Source of the DNA: Felis catus | Taxonomy: Eukaryota | Length of the DNA stretch: 64,000 nucleotides | Reading direction: 5' to 3' | Assembly: GCF_018350175.1 (NCBI RefSeq) | Contig: NC_058368.1 | Location: 165,232,001-165,296,000 of the forward strand | Shown here: piece by piece, positions 25,902 to 38,596 of the stretch | How positions within the stretch are numbered: the first letter of the stretch is position 1 | How the letters are laid out: every line of letters starts with the position of its first letter | Program-made: the position numbers and the translations under genes | The notes under the pieces: model-generated | What the model was told of the DNA's origin: nothing | What the model saw: the letters and a program-made list of their open reading frames with translations, nothing else | Database searches by the model: none

Positions 25902-28034
25902 AGTTGTTGTGTTGTTTTTAACCAAGTATTAGAAGTTACAGCAGTGGGTTAGGGATAGTGACCAAAGCTAAGAAGGAGCAGATACAAGTGCCAGATAAGT
26001 GGTTTGGCATGTTTAGTGGCTTGGGGATATGCTACCCTTCATTAGTCTTGCAGCGCAAGAATAGCCAACTTATTTCTCAGTAGTATTTCATAATCACATA
26101 TGCAATGGCTTTTGGTGATAATTCACACTTAAATGATAAATGGGTTCATGACATAGGTCTGCTTTATTAGTGGTTGAATTTTGTACTTTAATCATTTTAA
26201 ACAAAATAATATACAAAAACATTTTGTCAACAAATAAATCAACTTTAAAACAATAGATACCTACCAGTGACTATTTATCTCCAATTTGTAGGACCAAAAA
26301 CAGCAGTTGTGCAGAAGGGCCAAATCTTAACAAGCTGGATGTTGGGAAGGGTGATTCTGGCAGTCAGGTGTCAGTGTGATCTCTGGGAGGGAGAAGAGGA
26401 TGATAGGCTCGGGAACACTGTTAAGTAATTTCATTCAGTCTTTCCATTAAATTTTCATGTTTAGTGCCAGTTTTAAGGAATTAATATCTCTATCATCAGC
26501 ATGTTAACATCACCTCACAGAGTGCTGCCAAACTAACTACCTGGCTATGTCGCAGTAACTCAGGGAGTTTATAAAAAATATTTTATTTCTTATACCACTC
26601 ATAGATAGTCTGATTTAGAATATGTTCATATATTTAACCATCTCTCCATCTTTCCCCCACCCCACACTTTTTCTCTCTGTTCTGCTGGGTAGGTGGGACT
26701 GTTAACTGTTTCCTAAATTATCTCCTAGATAAATTGTCTACCTGAGTGTCATTTCAATATACTGTCCAAAATGGGCCTATCTTAAAATTGTAATCCACAC
26801 TGTCCTAAGTAAATTGTCCTACTGTTAACTTAAAATAAATCTAAGGAAATTAACATTAAGTAAAATTTAAAATTGTGAGGATATCTGCCACCTAGAGGAT
26901 GTTCACATGTTTGTGAGACTGATATCTGTGGTACATAGTGGCAGTCTCTAAGAACCATCAAGAATACAACTATTTCCCAGATTGGTAGCTTATTATTTTC
27001 AATACATCATTAGTTCAGTAAACTAAAATTTCTTAGGCAATGCTTTATTATAGGCAAAGCACTGTGAACATTCTATACTTGGGCTTCTGGAAGTTCCTCT
27101 CCAGTAATGTTGAGAGTTCTGATTCTGAGTTCAACTAATTTATACATGGGACTTATTGTTCAAGAAATGCACCTTTAGGTTACTTTGAAAAGCAGTTCCA
27201 ACACCAAGGGTCTATAAATAACATATCTGTGCTGCCTTTTTAAGACTGTGGCCCAACTCTGACCTCCATATTAAATCAAAGCTTTGAGAGACTCAGCACT
27301 TAGAAGCTTGGGACATTGGATCCATATATATTCTTTTTTGTTTGTTTGTTTTTTCTTTAATTTTATCCTTTTTTTCAGGAATGTTGCTTAGTTATGGGAA
27401 GAAAGTTAAAGCATAAAGAGAAATTCCCTAAATGTATTATGTATGTATTATGTTTACATAATGAATGCAGATGATAATGAAGAAAACAAATATATCTCTA
27501 CTTACTGAGATAATTAAAAGAAATAATATGAAATTATGTTACACAACAGTAGAAAGGGACATGCCAATTTCTGAAGTTCCTAAATATCTTGTTAATGTAT
27601 TAAACATCTTTTTAATATATTACTATATACATATATATACACATAATTATGCTTCTGAGTGTATAAGCATATTCTCAAGCATGTATATGCTTATATATTT
27701 GTATATGTATACAAGCAGGCATACAATGAGGGCCTATTTCCCTGTGTGTAATTTGGTCACTATTTATAACATCAATAGTTACCATGTAGACATGAACTTT
27801 ATAGGAAGAATAGGTTAAACTTTTTCTTTCCTGCAATGGATGGATGTGGTAGTTTTGACTTCCAAATTGTTGCTTATCAGTTTTGGTCATTGTTAGGTCA
27901 CTTTTGTTAAGTAGCAAAACAGTTTTTAATATTCACATTATAGTGTCAGCTTTTAGAGATTTTTAACTTTGTGGATGACTATTTTACTATTACTCAAGGA
28001 ATTTATCTCTTACAAGGATGATGCTAAGGGCTCT

Positions 28035-28296
28035 TGTTAGTTTCCTGAGGCTGCTATAACAAGCACAAACTTGGTGGCTTAAAACAACAGAAATTTATTT
28101 TCTCATGTTTCTGGAGACTAGAAGTTTGAAGTCAAAGCACTGACATAGTTGGTTCATTCTAGAGGCTGAGGGAGAATCTGTTCCATAACTCTGCTTGTTT
28201 CTGGTGACTGCTGGAAATTCTTAGCATTCCTTGGTTTGTAGCCACATCACTCCAATCTTTGAGTCTGTCTTTACATCACCTCCCCTCCTCTGTGTG
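28035..28296 (-). mobile_element. MaLR LTR fragment (MLT1B/C-like)
   Basis: TTAGTTTCCTGAGGCTGCTATAACA...GGTGGCTTAAAACAACAGAAATTTATT...GGGAGAATCTGTTCCAT. Confidence 0.88.
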
Positions 28297-29450
28297 TACA
28301 AGAGTTCAAATTTTGCCACAACCTGACCAATACTTGATGTCTTACCTTTGTTAATATCAACTATCCTAGTTGGTGTGAAATGATATCCTGTTGGTTTTGA
28401 TTTTCATTTCCCTGATGATTAGTATTCAAAGTATCTTTTCACATACTTATTAGCCATTTGTAGGTCTACTCTGAGAAATGTTTATTCAACTCCTTACCCA
28501 TACTTTAATCAGGTCATTAGTGCTTTTGCTATAGAGTTGTCAGAGTTCCTTATATATTTTGGAAATAAAAACCTTATCAGATATATAGTTTGCAAATATT
28601 TTCTTCCATTCTGTAGATCACCCTTTCATTCCTTCCATTGTTTCCTTTGCAGTGCGAAGCCTTTTTGTTTGATTTAATTACACTTGCATTTTGTTTGTTT
28701 GTTTTGTTTTGTTTTGTTTTGTTTTTTGCCTGGGTCTTAGGTGTCATATCCATAAAATTATTGCGAAGACCACTGTCAGAGAGTTTTTTTCCCTCAATTT
28801 TCTTCTAGGAGTTTTAAAGTTTCAGCTCTTATGTTTAAATCTTTAATCCATATTGAATTGATTTTGGGGTATGGTGAAAGATAAGGGATTAATATCTTTC
28901 CTTTACATGTGGATCTACAAATTTCCTACTACCATTTATTGGAGTCTATGTATCCCTTCTCCGTTGTGCATTCTTGGCACCCTTAAAAATATCAGTTGAC
29001 CCTATACGTGTGGATATTTCTGGGCTCTCTATGTCATTCCATTGGTTTGTATGTCTATCTTTATGCCAGTATCGTACTGCTTTAATTACCATAGCTCTGT
29101 AATATATTTTGAAATCAGGAAGTGTGATGTCTCCAGCTTAGTTTTTCTTTTTCAAAATTGTTTTAGATATTCGGGGTCGTTTCTGGTTCCATATGAATTT
29201 CATTTCTGTAAAAAAAAATGTCCCTGGGATTGTGATAGGGATTATATTAAATCTGTAGGCCACTTTGGGTACTAGGGACATTTTAACAATACTAAGTCAT
29301 CCAATCCATGAACTCAGAATATCTGTCCATTTATTAATGTTTTCTTCATTTCTTTCATCAGTGTTTAATAGTTTATTCTTAAGTATTTTATTCTTTTTGA
29401 TGCTATCATACATTCAACTGTCTTAATTTCATATAGTTCATTATTGGTGT
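28297..29450 (-). mobile_element. L1 ORF2 fragment (L1M-type)
   Basis: Homologous to 16230-17450 of the large L1 (GGTTTTGATTTTCATTTCCCTGATGATTAGT; TTTATGCCAGTA). Confidence 0.88.
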
Positions 29451-29720
29451 GTATATCAATGTATACACATATTAAATGCAGTATGTATGTATATTATATA
29501 TAGTATATATGTGTATCTAATATATTTATAGTGTGTATATATAGTATAATAAATAGTATATATTGTACAGTGTATACATAGTATATAGTATATATAGCAT
29601 ACATATAAATGTATATATTAGTATGTATGTGATATATACACACACACAAATAGATATCTATATAGATATATATAGATATATATAGATATATATATAGATA
29701 TATAGATATATATTTATATT
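29450..29720. repeat. TA-rich low complexity with (TATAGA)n
   Basis: Degenerate TA, TG and TAGATA repeats. Confidence 0.9.
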
Positions 29721-29744
29721 AGTGTTTAGCCCTTAAGAGACTAT

Positions 29745-30110
29745 ACTGGGCCCCATCAACTCTGACACAGGTGAGATAGAATGCAGAACCTAAGGTAGTA
29801 TCCAGACAAATTGGGGAATTAGATGTATAGTCCAACACCTTCAATTCTCAGAAAGATGGGAGCTGGGGGTTCCCTCCCAATCATATGGCACTGTGTTAGG
29901 TTGTGGATTTTGTTGAGGGGAATGTTTCCACTTTTCCTACCACTTTTGATGTTGCTGATTTGACACTTTAGAGCGCAGGATCTCGTTAGCTAGTTTCTGG
30001 ATTTTTCACAAAGGAAATTGAATATTGCATTGCTGTTGAATTGGTATATTGGGGTGCAGTGGGATGGGAAGAAGAGTCCAGGGCTTCCTATTCCAGCATA
30101 TTAATGTCCC
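29745..30110 (-). mobile_element. Probable L1 5'-region fragment
   Basis: TAGCTAGTTTCTGGATTTTTCACAAAGG...GAGTCCAGGGCTTCCTATTCCAGC resembles antisense L1M 5' ends. Confidence 0.5.
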
Positions 30111-31939
30111 TTCTCTGCAGCTTTTAATAATGTGGTCAGGGAAGACCCCATCAAAGTGACCTTTGAGTTAACACCAAAAGGGAGTTCAAATGTGCAAAAA
30201 AAAAAAAAAAAAAAGTTAGCATTCTCTTCAGGGTATAATGCAAGGTATTGAATATTAAGTGTATGTGGGGAAACACATAGTTTGCTGCCAAAACACCATT
30301 CTTATCTATAATTAAGTTTATAAATATGTTTCTCTCCAATTGGTAAATACAATGAGGAAATGTACATTTCAGTGACATTACTGTGATTTCATTTAACTAC
30401 AATAGCTATTTATTGCCAAATAATGGCCACTTAATATATACAACCATTGTTTACACTGTTCATTCCATGAGCTACTTTAGGAATTTAATTGCATTCTTGA
30501 AAACTGTAAACTATGATTCAGTGGATGACTTTGGTGCCAAGCCCAAACCACTGTAATTGCAGTTATAGGCCCTCTTGAACTTTCTTTCCCCCACTACCAT
30601 TGCCAGAATGGAAAGGTTATAAAGTTTAAATCAGTCATTGCTGGAAGGGACTTTTAACTCTTCTCTATTCTTTCAATAATTTTATCAAAAACCTGGGCAC
30701 CTCCTGCTCAGAACCGCAATGCTTCAATAAGGACAAAAACGAATATTAATTTAAGAAAAAAAGTGGCATTGTATTTTAGATGTGGTACAAACATCACACA
30801 ACATGTTTATTTTCTGTTTAGTACAGTTTGAGTTCCATCACAATCTACAAACATTTTTATGTGGATCTGTTTTACATAAAGATAAAATAATTCCCTCTAA
30901 GGAAAGGGGAAAGAAATTAGAGAAAGAAGACAGAGAACCTTCAGTTACAGTGTTCTGCTCCATATACAGAGCAATGTCTTTAATTACCAATCAGTGTTTT
31001 TGAATTAAATCTTATCAAGTGAAACCAAATCTAAACTACATCTCATTGGAAATTAGTACGTTCTTAATGAGAAGTGCAATTTAATAATTACAATTTAACC
31101 AGTCATGGAAGTTAATTGCAAAAAAGCTATCTAATTGAGATCCTAAGAACTTAAAATAGTACATATAGTGCAATACTGAGGGTCTTTTGTGCTGATATTC
31201 ACAGAACAGTTTTTAATACATTAGGTCCAATGGTGTAATGAAATATTTTACAATACTTACATATAATATGACTTAATACTTGTGTATAATAACATTTGTT
31301 AACCATAGAAAAATACATCCTCCTTTTCCTCTATTTTTGTACATTAACTTTTAATATTTTCATTACCAAGATTTTTATGAATTTTGTTGAAATATCATTA
31401 AGTTCTTTATAATGTAAAAGGTTGAGTTTTTTTGTATATTAACCTTTCATTATTTTATTCAGGTATCATTAATGTAATTTTATTGGTAAATAAACTTATC
31501 CCTGCCTTCAGAAGGATATAATGCCTGACAGGAAATAACATAAAAATCAAAATTTAAGTCTTATAAACTGTATCTAATTGTTTAGGATCTAGAAAAATAT
31601 CACCTTAGAACAAATATCCAATAAATACTTGCTGATTAGTTGATTCTACATGTTCAATGAGCCTCATAGACATGATAAAAACATTTACTAGGTCCTGAAT
31701 CAAACGAATAAAAGTTGTGAGATAGTTGTCTGATATTATTGATATTATAATTGTACCTTTCACAGTAGCTATGATATTAAAATAATTATTCTATGTAGAT
31801 ATAGATGTAAAAATATAGATACAGAAATCCATATATCACATCTTTCTAGTGTTAAAATACTTATTAAGAAAATGTTGAACTTGTGACATAATCAAGTTAT
31901 CATAAAATCTATATGCCACTATTTATATCGTGTTTCTTT

Positions 31940-32100
31940 AATGTTAATGCACATATATACTAGCCAGAGATCTTGTTAAAATGTTGTTAAGTGATTCTGA
32001 TTACAGAATTTTGAGTTATGGCCTGAGATTCTGCAGTTCAACCAAACTCTCAGTTGATGTTCATGCCACTGGCACAAGGACCACACATTATGTAGCAACA
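31940..32100. mobile_element. MER5A-like hAT DNA transposon fragment
   Basis: GAGATCTTGTTAAAATG...GATTCTGATT...GGCCTGAGATTCTGCAGTT...GTTGATG...GGACCACA. Confidence 0.7.
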
Positions 32101-32168
32101 TTTTCCCAAATTGATATACACCCATTACACCAATTCAAACCAGTGATACTTAGAGAAAATTTTGTGTA

Positions 32169-32370
32169 GGAGCACCCGCGTGGCTCAGTTGGTTAAATGT
32201 ATGACTTCAGCTCAGGTCAAGATCTTGCAGTGTGTGGGTTTGAGCCCTGCAACCAGCTCTGCGCTGGTGGTGCAGAGCCTGCTTGGGATTCTCTCTCCCT
32301 CCACCCCTCTCTTTGCCCCTTCCCCACTTGTGCTCTCCTTCTCAAAATAAATAAATTAAATTTTAAAAAA
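32169..32370 (+). mobile_element. CanSINE
   Basis: TGGCTCAGTTGGTTAA A-box, (CT)-rich segment, AAAATAAATAAA tail. Confidence 0.93.
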
Positions 32371-34245
32371 TTGCATAATGTAGCTGCTATAGAAAAGAAA
32401 GGAACTTGTCCATGGCCTCTGCCTCAAATAAGGTAATAAAATTATCATTTGTTGTAAATATCATCCATTATTTATGATGTAAATAAAGTCGCACAAAGAA
32501 TAGGCCTCTAACCCTGTTCAGTGGCCTTCTGGTGGTAAACTTCTGTCCATCACAAACTGTCACCCCTAAAATGAAAGCTCCAGATATGTTCAGGTTTTTC
32601 TAAAATAATTCTGTTGAAATAGTGTCTGGTAAGAAGAGTACTACCTAAAGGTTAGTTAATGTAATTACAGTGGAAATACATAGGGAATATAAAACACTTT
32701 GGTTCTTGCTGTTATAAAACTTCTGCTTTGATTAATTGGGACCTGTACTCTCCCCTGATTTTCACAAGGTCCAAAGAATACCTGTTCAATAAATACCCCA
32801 GACGATTATGCTCTGACATCTTGTCTCAACTTGAAGCAGTATTTCTTTCTTACTGTCTCTTTTAATTTTCCAGCTGCCATGTCTTGCAACTATCAATTTG
32901 CCTCCTTCTTGCAAAATTACCCCCTTCTAATTTGTTGTTTTTGTTGTGGCTTAAGAAACCAAGTAAACAATCTCATTAGATTGATGTCTAAAGTAAGAAA
33001 AAAAGAGGCTGTGAATAAAGGAGAGATTTGAGGGTGTTTGGTAAATATTGTGTACGGGCTTTTAGTGGTTTCATTTGGTGCTTTATTTGTAGTTCATGAG
33101 AGACTTTATTTCTTTTTTCTGGGTTTCTGTCTCATTTCCAGATAATTGTGATTGATAAGTGATATCTGGAAAAATTGTCCTGCTGATTTTAAAGCACTAA
33201 TAATTAGCATAACTTAGCAAGAAATCCAAGTTAATTAAAGTAGCAGGACTGCATTTTATTCCTGGATCTAATTGCTTATAGGTTAGGGAATAAAAAACTT
33301 AACAATCTTCCTTCTTCACTCAACATGCAAACCTTTATAAGTAATGTCATCTTATATTGTTGAAAAACTGAAAAGAATTCTAAGGTCTTTGGTAAAAAGC
33401 AATTTGGGATTCCAAGCTTAACTGTATTTTAATTTTTGCTCTTGGATCAAATAGCCTTTCACTGACTTGCAGTTAGTGTATTCACCAAGATCTATATCTA
33501 TAGCCATGTCAATATAAATGAAGCCAAAACATAATGAAAAATAAATTTCCATCAATTTGTTTTACTTTTTTGGCTAAGATCCAGAATCCCTATTTCCATA
33601 GTTGTTACAGCATTCTTACTCCAGGAAAATTAAATCCATTGCATCTCAGGCTCGTTTTCACAATTCACCTATCACGTATAAATGTAAAGTAAAATTTGGC
33701 TCACTATATGGCTAATGGTGGACATGTAATCTAAAATAAAATATTCTTGTAGACTGATGATTTGTGCATGCCTCTCCAGCACTATCCAGAATTCTGCCCC
33801 CCCCCCCTTTATCACTGATAAAAAGAACTCCCATAGGCCTGGCAGACCCAATGCTTATGAGAGAGATTTAAAATGTCTTGGCAAGTTGATTATTCAAGGC
33901 CTTAGCATCCTTATCATAGTCCAGATGTGACCACAATTCATTCTGTGGTCTGAATGTCCTGACATTAGTTGTATAGTTCATGTCAAGTTTTTCTTCTCTG
34001 TTTAGCCCTTTATTCTATGTTCTTTTCAGGTTTTATTTTTTTTTATATTTTCCTTCCTTTTTAATCTAACTGTTCTCTTACTATGTATCATACATTATAC
34101 TAGGCACTTGGTGACATTGTGATACTTATGTTTTTTACATGTCCTCAAAAACACAAAATTTTAATTCTAAATTCATTTGAGAGCATCCTCAGAAATGTCT
34201 CTATTACTAGAATCATTTGTAATTTTTATCAGCAAATGACATTTT

Positions 34246-34458
34246 TTTAATATATGAAATTTATTGTCAAATTGGTTTCCATACAACACCCAGTGCTCAT
34301 CCCAAAAGATGCCCTCTTCAATGCGCATCACCTACCCTTCCCTCCCTCCCACCCCCCCATCAACCCTCAGTTTGTTCTCAGTTTTTAAGACAGATACCAT
34401 ATGTTTTCACTCTTATGTGGATCCTGAGAAACTTAACAGAAACCCATGGGGGAAGGGA
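34246..34458 (-). mobile_element. Young felid L1 3'UTR insertion with 5' inversion
   Basis: Antisense 3' end 34246-34390 joined to a sense segment 34387-34458; 15-bp TSD AGCAAATGACATTTT. Confidence 0.93.
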
Positions 34459-34539
34459 AGCAAATGACATTTTAAAGGTTCTACTCACTGTGTTGAATTC
34501 TAATTTATCAACCTTCCTCTCTCTTACTGGTGATGGGAA

Positions 34540-34720
34540 TGAAACCTTAGTTTGTCTTCCTCTCCTTGTTTATTATACAGATTACAGTACCACCTGTCTC
34601 ATACAGGTGTCATGAAGATTAACTGGGAAAAACATATGAAGTGCTTTGATCATTACTTAGCAGGTAATAAAAAAACTCAATACATTTAGCTTAGTAATTA
34701 TCAGTGGTAACATCATTATA
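34540..34720 (+). mobile_element. MIR fragment
   Basis: AGTACCACCTGTCTCATACAGGTGTCATGAAGATTAACTG...GTGCTTT...CTCAATACATTTAGCT. Confidence 0.6.
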
Positions 34721-35334
34721 ATTAGTACACCTAAATTTTCTCTGCACTTAACAATTCTTGGAATATTGGCTATTAGAGAACAAACATGAGAAATATTTGA
34801 GTCTGGTGAGATGCTTGTGCCTGATACACACTGTATTAGATCCTTAAACACAAAGAGGTTTATTCCCCTTTTAATTCCCTTTTGAGCATTTGGATTATAT
34901 TTAGGAAATAGATAATTTGATTCAAGTTGTCTTTGACATTGCTCTAACAGGAGCTAATCTTCCTTTTCCCAAAAGAGAGATCAAACAACAGAATGAGTCT
35001 TGACTGTGCGAGAGTATCCAGCTCTATTTTAATTACAATTTTATGGTTACCTTCCATTGATAAAAAAGTAATACTGGCTTTCATTTATGGCAGAACATTA
35101 TACTTTCATTTGAAAGTCATATATGTCATAAAAATTAGTTAATTAAATATCAAGTTAATAAAATACATAATTTGTGGATGTCTCAACAATTTTAAGGGCA
35201 GCACAGGAATAAGTTTGGGAAATACTGATATAGTCCAACGTTTTTATTTTACATAAGAGAAATTTGAGTCTTTCAAAGAAGTAGCTTACCCAAGATTAGG
35301 ATCCAGGCCTAATTACTTTAAAAATCTACTGATG

Positions 35335-35545
35335 GGGGTGCCTGGGTGGCTCAGTCTGTTAAGCATCCAACTTTGGCTCAGGTCATGATCTCACAATTCA
35401 TGAGTTTGATCCCCACGTTGGACTCTGTGCTGACAGCTCAGAGCTTGGAGCCTGCTTGGGATTCTGTGTCTCCCTCTCTCTCACTCTGCCCCTCCCCTGC
35501 TCATGCTCTGTCTCTCAGAAATAAAATAAATATTTTAAAAATTAA
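35335..35545 (+). mobile_element. CanSINE (SINEC_Fc type)
   Basis: GGGGTGCCTGGGTGGCTCAG head, full body; TSD ending TACTGATG. Confidence 0.96.
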
Positions 35546-35594
35546 ACTTACTGATGTGCATCAATAGCATACCGGCTTTTATTATAGAGAACCA

Positions 35595-35862
35595 TATATA
35601 TATATATGACAATATATATATAAAATATGTATAAAACAATATATATAACATATATAACAATATATATAATATATATAACAATATATATAAAATTATTATA
35701 GATGACAATATATATATAAAACAATATATATAAAATAACAATATATATAATATATATAACAATATATATATAATTATTATAGATGACAATATATATATAA
35801 AACAATATATATATAAAATAACAATATAATAGCTATATAAAATATATATAATTATCATTATA
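35595..35862. repeat. AT-rich minisatellite/low complexity (ACAATATATATA units)
   Basis: Block AATTATTATAGATGACAATATATATATAAAACAATATATATA repeated at about 35691 and 35773. Confidence 0.92.
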
Positions 35863-36584
35863 TAGTACTCATGCACCTATCTTCCACAAAAGTACTGGAT
35901 AATATTTGACCTGATTTCAAAAGAAAGAAGGGAAAAATGTCTACCAAAATAAAATTTTAAAAACAGCTGAATTTAAGAATTCTTAAACCTGGGTTACATT
36001 TAACCTAAGATGTGATGCAAAAATGTGGTATTGATAAACATTCTGCACTGTAAAACTGATTTTCATTGATGGGACTATTATATTTGAAACTTGCTCTATA
36101 GAGCACAACAAATACACCTCAACATACTAAAACAAAGAAGTTTTCTCTTTATGGCAACTATTTAGAGAAATGGTATGTTTCCCAAACTCCACTAGCTGGA
36201 ATGATCACAAATACATTATCAAAACTGAAGCCTGAAATTTTTGCTCACATTTATTCCAATTCAGCATGAAATTGCCTGCTAAATTACAGTCTAAAAACTG
36301 AGGGTCAATCTGATAACTGATGATTTGGTATTATGAAAGGAAAATATTTTTTTTTTAGGAAGAATGGACTACACCTTTTCAATCCTAGTAATTTGGGAAC
36401 ACAGTTGTATAACTGTTTAAAATAAAATTAAGGGGAAATGAGAAAGTGCTGTGAAAAACTAATTTTTTGGAATGGTAAATAAATTTTAAAATTCTCCACA
36501 ATTTTTTAAATATTAAAGGATTAAGTAATCAACATTGATATAAGAATATACACAGATTGTACAAGTTTGAAATATGTCTGTGTG

Positions 36585-36788
36585 GGGGTTCCTGGGTGGC
36601 TCAGTTGGTTGAGCATCCAACTTCAGCTCAGGTCATGATTTCTTGAGTTCAAGCCCTACCTTGGGATCTGTGCTCAGAGTCTGGAGCCTGCTTTGGATTC
36701 TGCGTCTCCCTCTCTCTCTGCCCCTCCCCGTTCACACTCTGTCTCTCTCTCCTTCAAAAATAAACATTTTTTAAAAATTAAGAAAAAA
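36585..36788 (+). mobile_element. CanSINE (SINEC_Fc type)
   Basis: Full body; TSD GAAATATG(T/C)CT(G/A)TGTG. Confidence 0.96.
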
Positions 36789-36859
36789 GAAATATGCCTA
36801 TGTGAGGGCATAGTTTGTGAATTAATTTATAATAATATCATTATTGATTGCTTACTTGG

Positions 36860-37025
36860 AAGTTAAGGGGCTTTAACAGACTGAAATATCTCATGTAACT
36901 ATTACAATATTCTATAATAACATAATAGATGAAAAAAACCCAAGTATAGACCAGCTGTAAGCAGAGTCAGAATTTAAACCCAGTCTGAGTCCAAAGCCAT
37001 GAATCTCAGCTCTACTCTACTTTCC
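36860..37025 (-). mobile_element. MIR fragment
   Basis: GCAGAGTCAGAATTTAAACCCAGTCTGAGTCCAAAGCCATG. Confidence 0.65.
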
Positions 37026-37871
37026 TGATTTACATTTATATTCATGCTTTACATCTTATATTTATTCTAAAAATAAAATTTCATAAATCTTTGAGGCTCC
37101 TTGACTGTAGTCTTTGATTTTTTTGGCTTGATCTCAAGAATGAAACCACTTTGATATGTTTTAAAATAACATTTTATTCTTTGTAATTGGAAAAGTAGCT
37201 GTAAAATGCATTTGTCTTTTTATGATTGATTATCATAGTTTTAAAGTTAGTTATTCATACCGTTACTTTTTTTTCCTGTCCTTGAATTGTTTTAAGTTTG
37301 TATTTTAAGTAGTATTGGGGGGGGAGGCAGTCCTTTGCTCAGCATATCCAGGGGAGAAAGATCAGGATGGTGAGAAGGTAGTAAGCAGTGTTTATGCTGA
37401 ATGGTGGGTGAAACAGAATTTGTCTGGAGTAATACACAAATGGGTAGAGAATAAAAGCAAGAGAGCATGACTGATGTCTTTAAAACACCATATTTTATAA
37501 CACAAATTATCTTCAGATAAATAAACTCAATCCTCAAAACCCAAGGAGTTATAAAGGATAGGTATTGTTATCCGAGTATTATAATTGAAGCACCTAAAGT
37601 TTAAGAGTACAAGTACAGTACGACACATTTAACAAAGTGGAAAATTCTGCATTGGAGCAGAGATTTTCTGACAACTGTTCTCTATGTGTGCATGTAATAC
37701 CACACACAACTTTATAAAAAAAATGTGTAAGATGTTCACTATGTGAACCCAGGAATAAAGTGAAATATGATAGATGGGAGAGGGAGACTGGAGGCAAAAA
37801 CAAGAATTTTTCTAGCACTGTTGAGTGTTTCCTAAAAAGTAAAATGGGCATTCCTAGAAACAAAAAAAGGG

Positions 37872-38078
37872 TTTTTTTTTTAATTTTTAATGTTAATTTA
37901 TTTTGGAGAGAGAACAGAGCATAAGTGGGGGAGGGTCAAAGAGAGAGGAAGACACAGAATCTGAAGCAGGTTCCAGGCTCTGAGCTGTCAGCACAGAGCC
38001 CGATGTGGGCTTGAACTCGAGCTGCAAGATCATGACCTGGGCTGAAGTCACTTAACTGACTGAGCCACCCAGGTGCCG
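37872..38078 (-). mobile_element. CanSINE (SINEC_Fc type)
   Basis: Full body; TSD-like AAACAAAAAA(A)GG(G)TTTT. Confidence 0.95.
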
Positions 38079-38596
38079 TAAAACAAAAAAGGTTTTGAAA
38101 ATTGTAGTTGTTTAATTATAAATTAGATCACCCCTTGGAAGAGTTATCCTAAAAAAATAATATTGAATAAATGTAAAACTAGACGACTGGAACTCTCTGC
38201 TCAACCATATTAAATTCATATAATATGAAATAATTGAACTTTCTGTTCAATAATCATATGAAATTTCATATCTCCTGGTTTTAATTATGAAATATTAAAA
38301 ATATTTGCAAAGTATAGAAATAATAAAATAAACATTTATACAACACCCAAGTTAATAATTTACCATTTTATTCAGATCATTTTTTGAGACATTATTTTTT
38401 TTTAAGGTAGGAAGTAAAATGAGATGTTTTATAAAGTTCTCCACAATTTTAGAACTGAAATGGGCTCTGCTAATATATAAACATTTGAATTCAGTATCAT
38501 AGATGATAGTGTCAATTTTAACCCCAGACTTATTTGCTGTTCTCAATACGAGAAAATCCGTATAGATATATATGTAGTTATTAAGGAATGCTAATC

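Noticed and set aside
27330..27818. Strong acceptor-like TTTTTTTCAG at 27378 and nearby 117-aa ORF
   Set aside because: No convincing donor, the ORF includes TA-rich low complexity and resembles no known protein
35535..35876. Ile/Tyr-rich ORFs (similar ones at 49366-49768, 54268-54483, 57906-58127)
   Set aside because: Translations of TA-rich microsatellites
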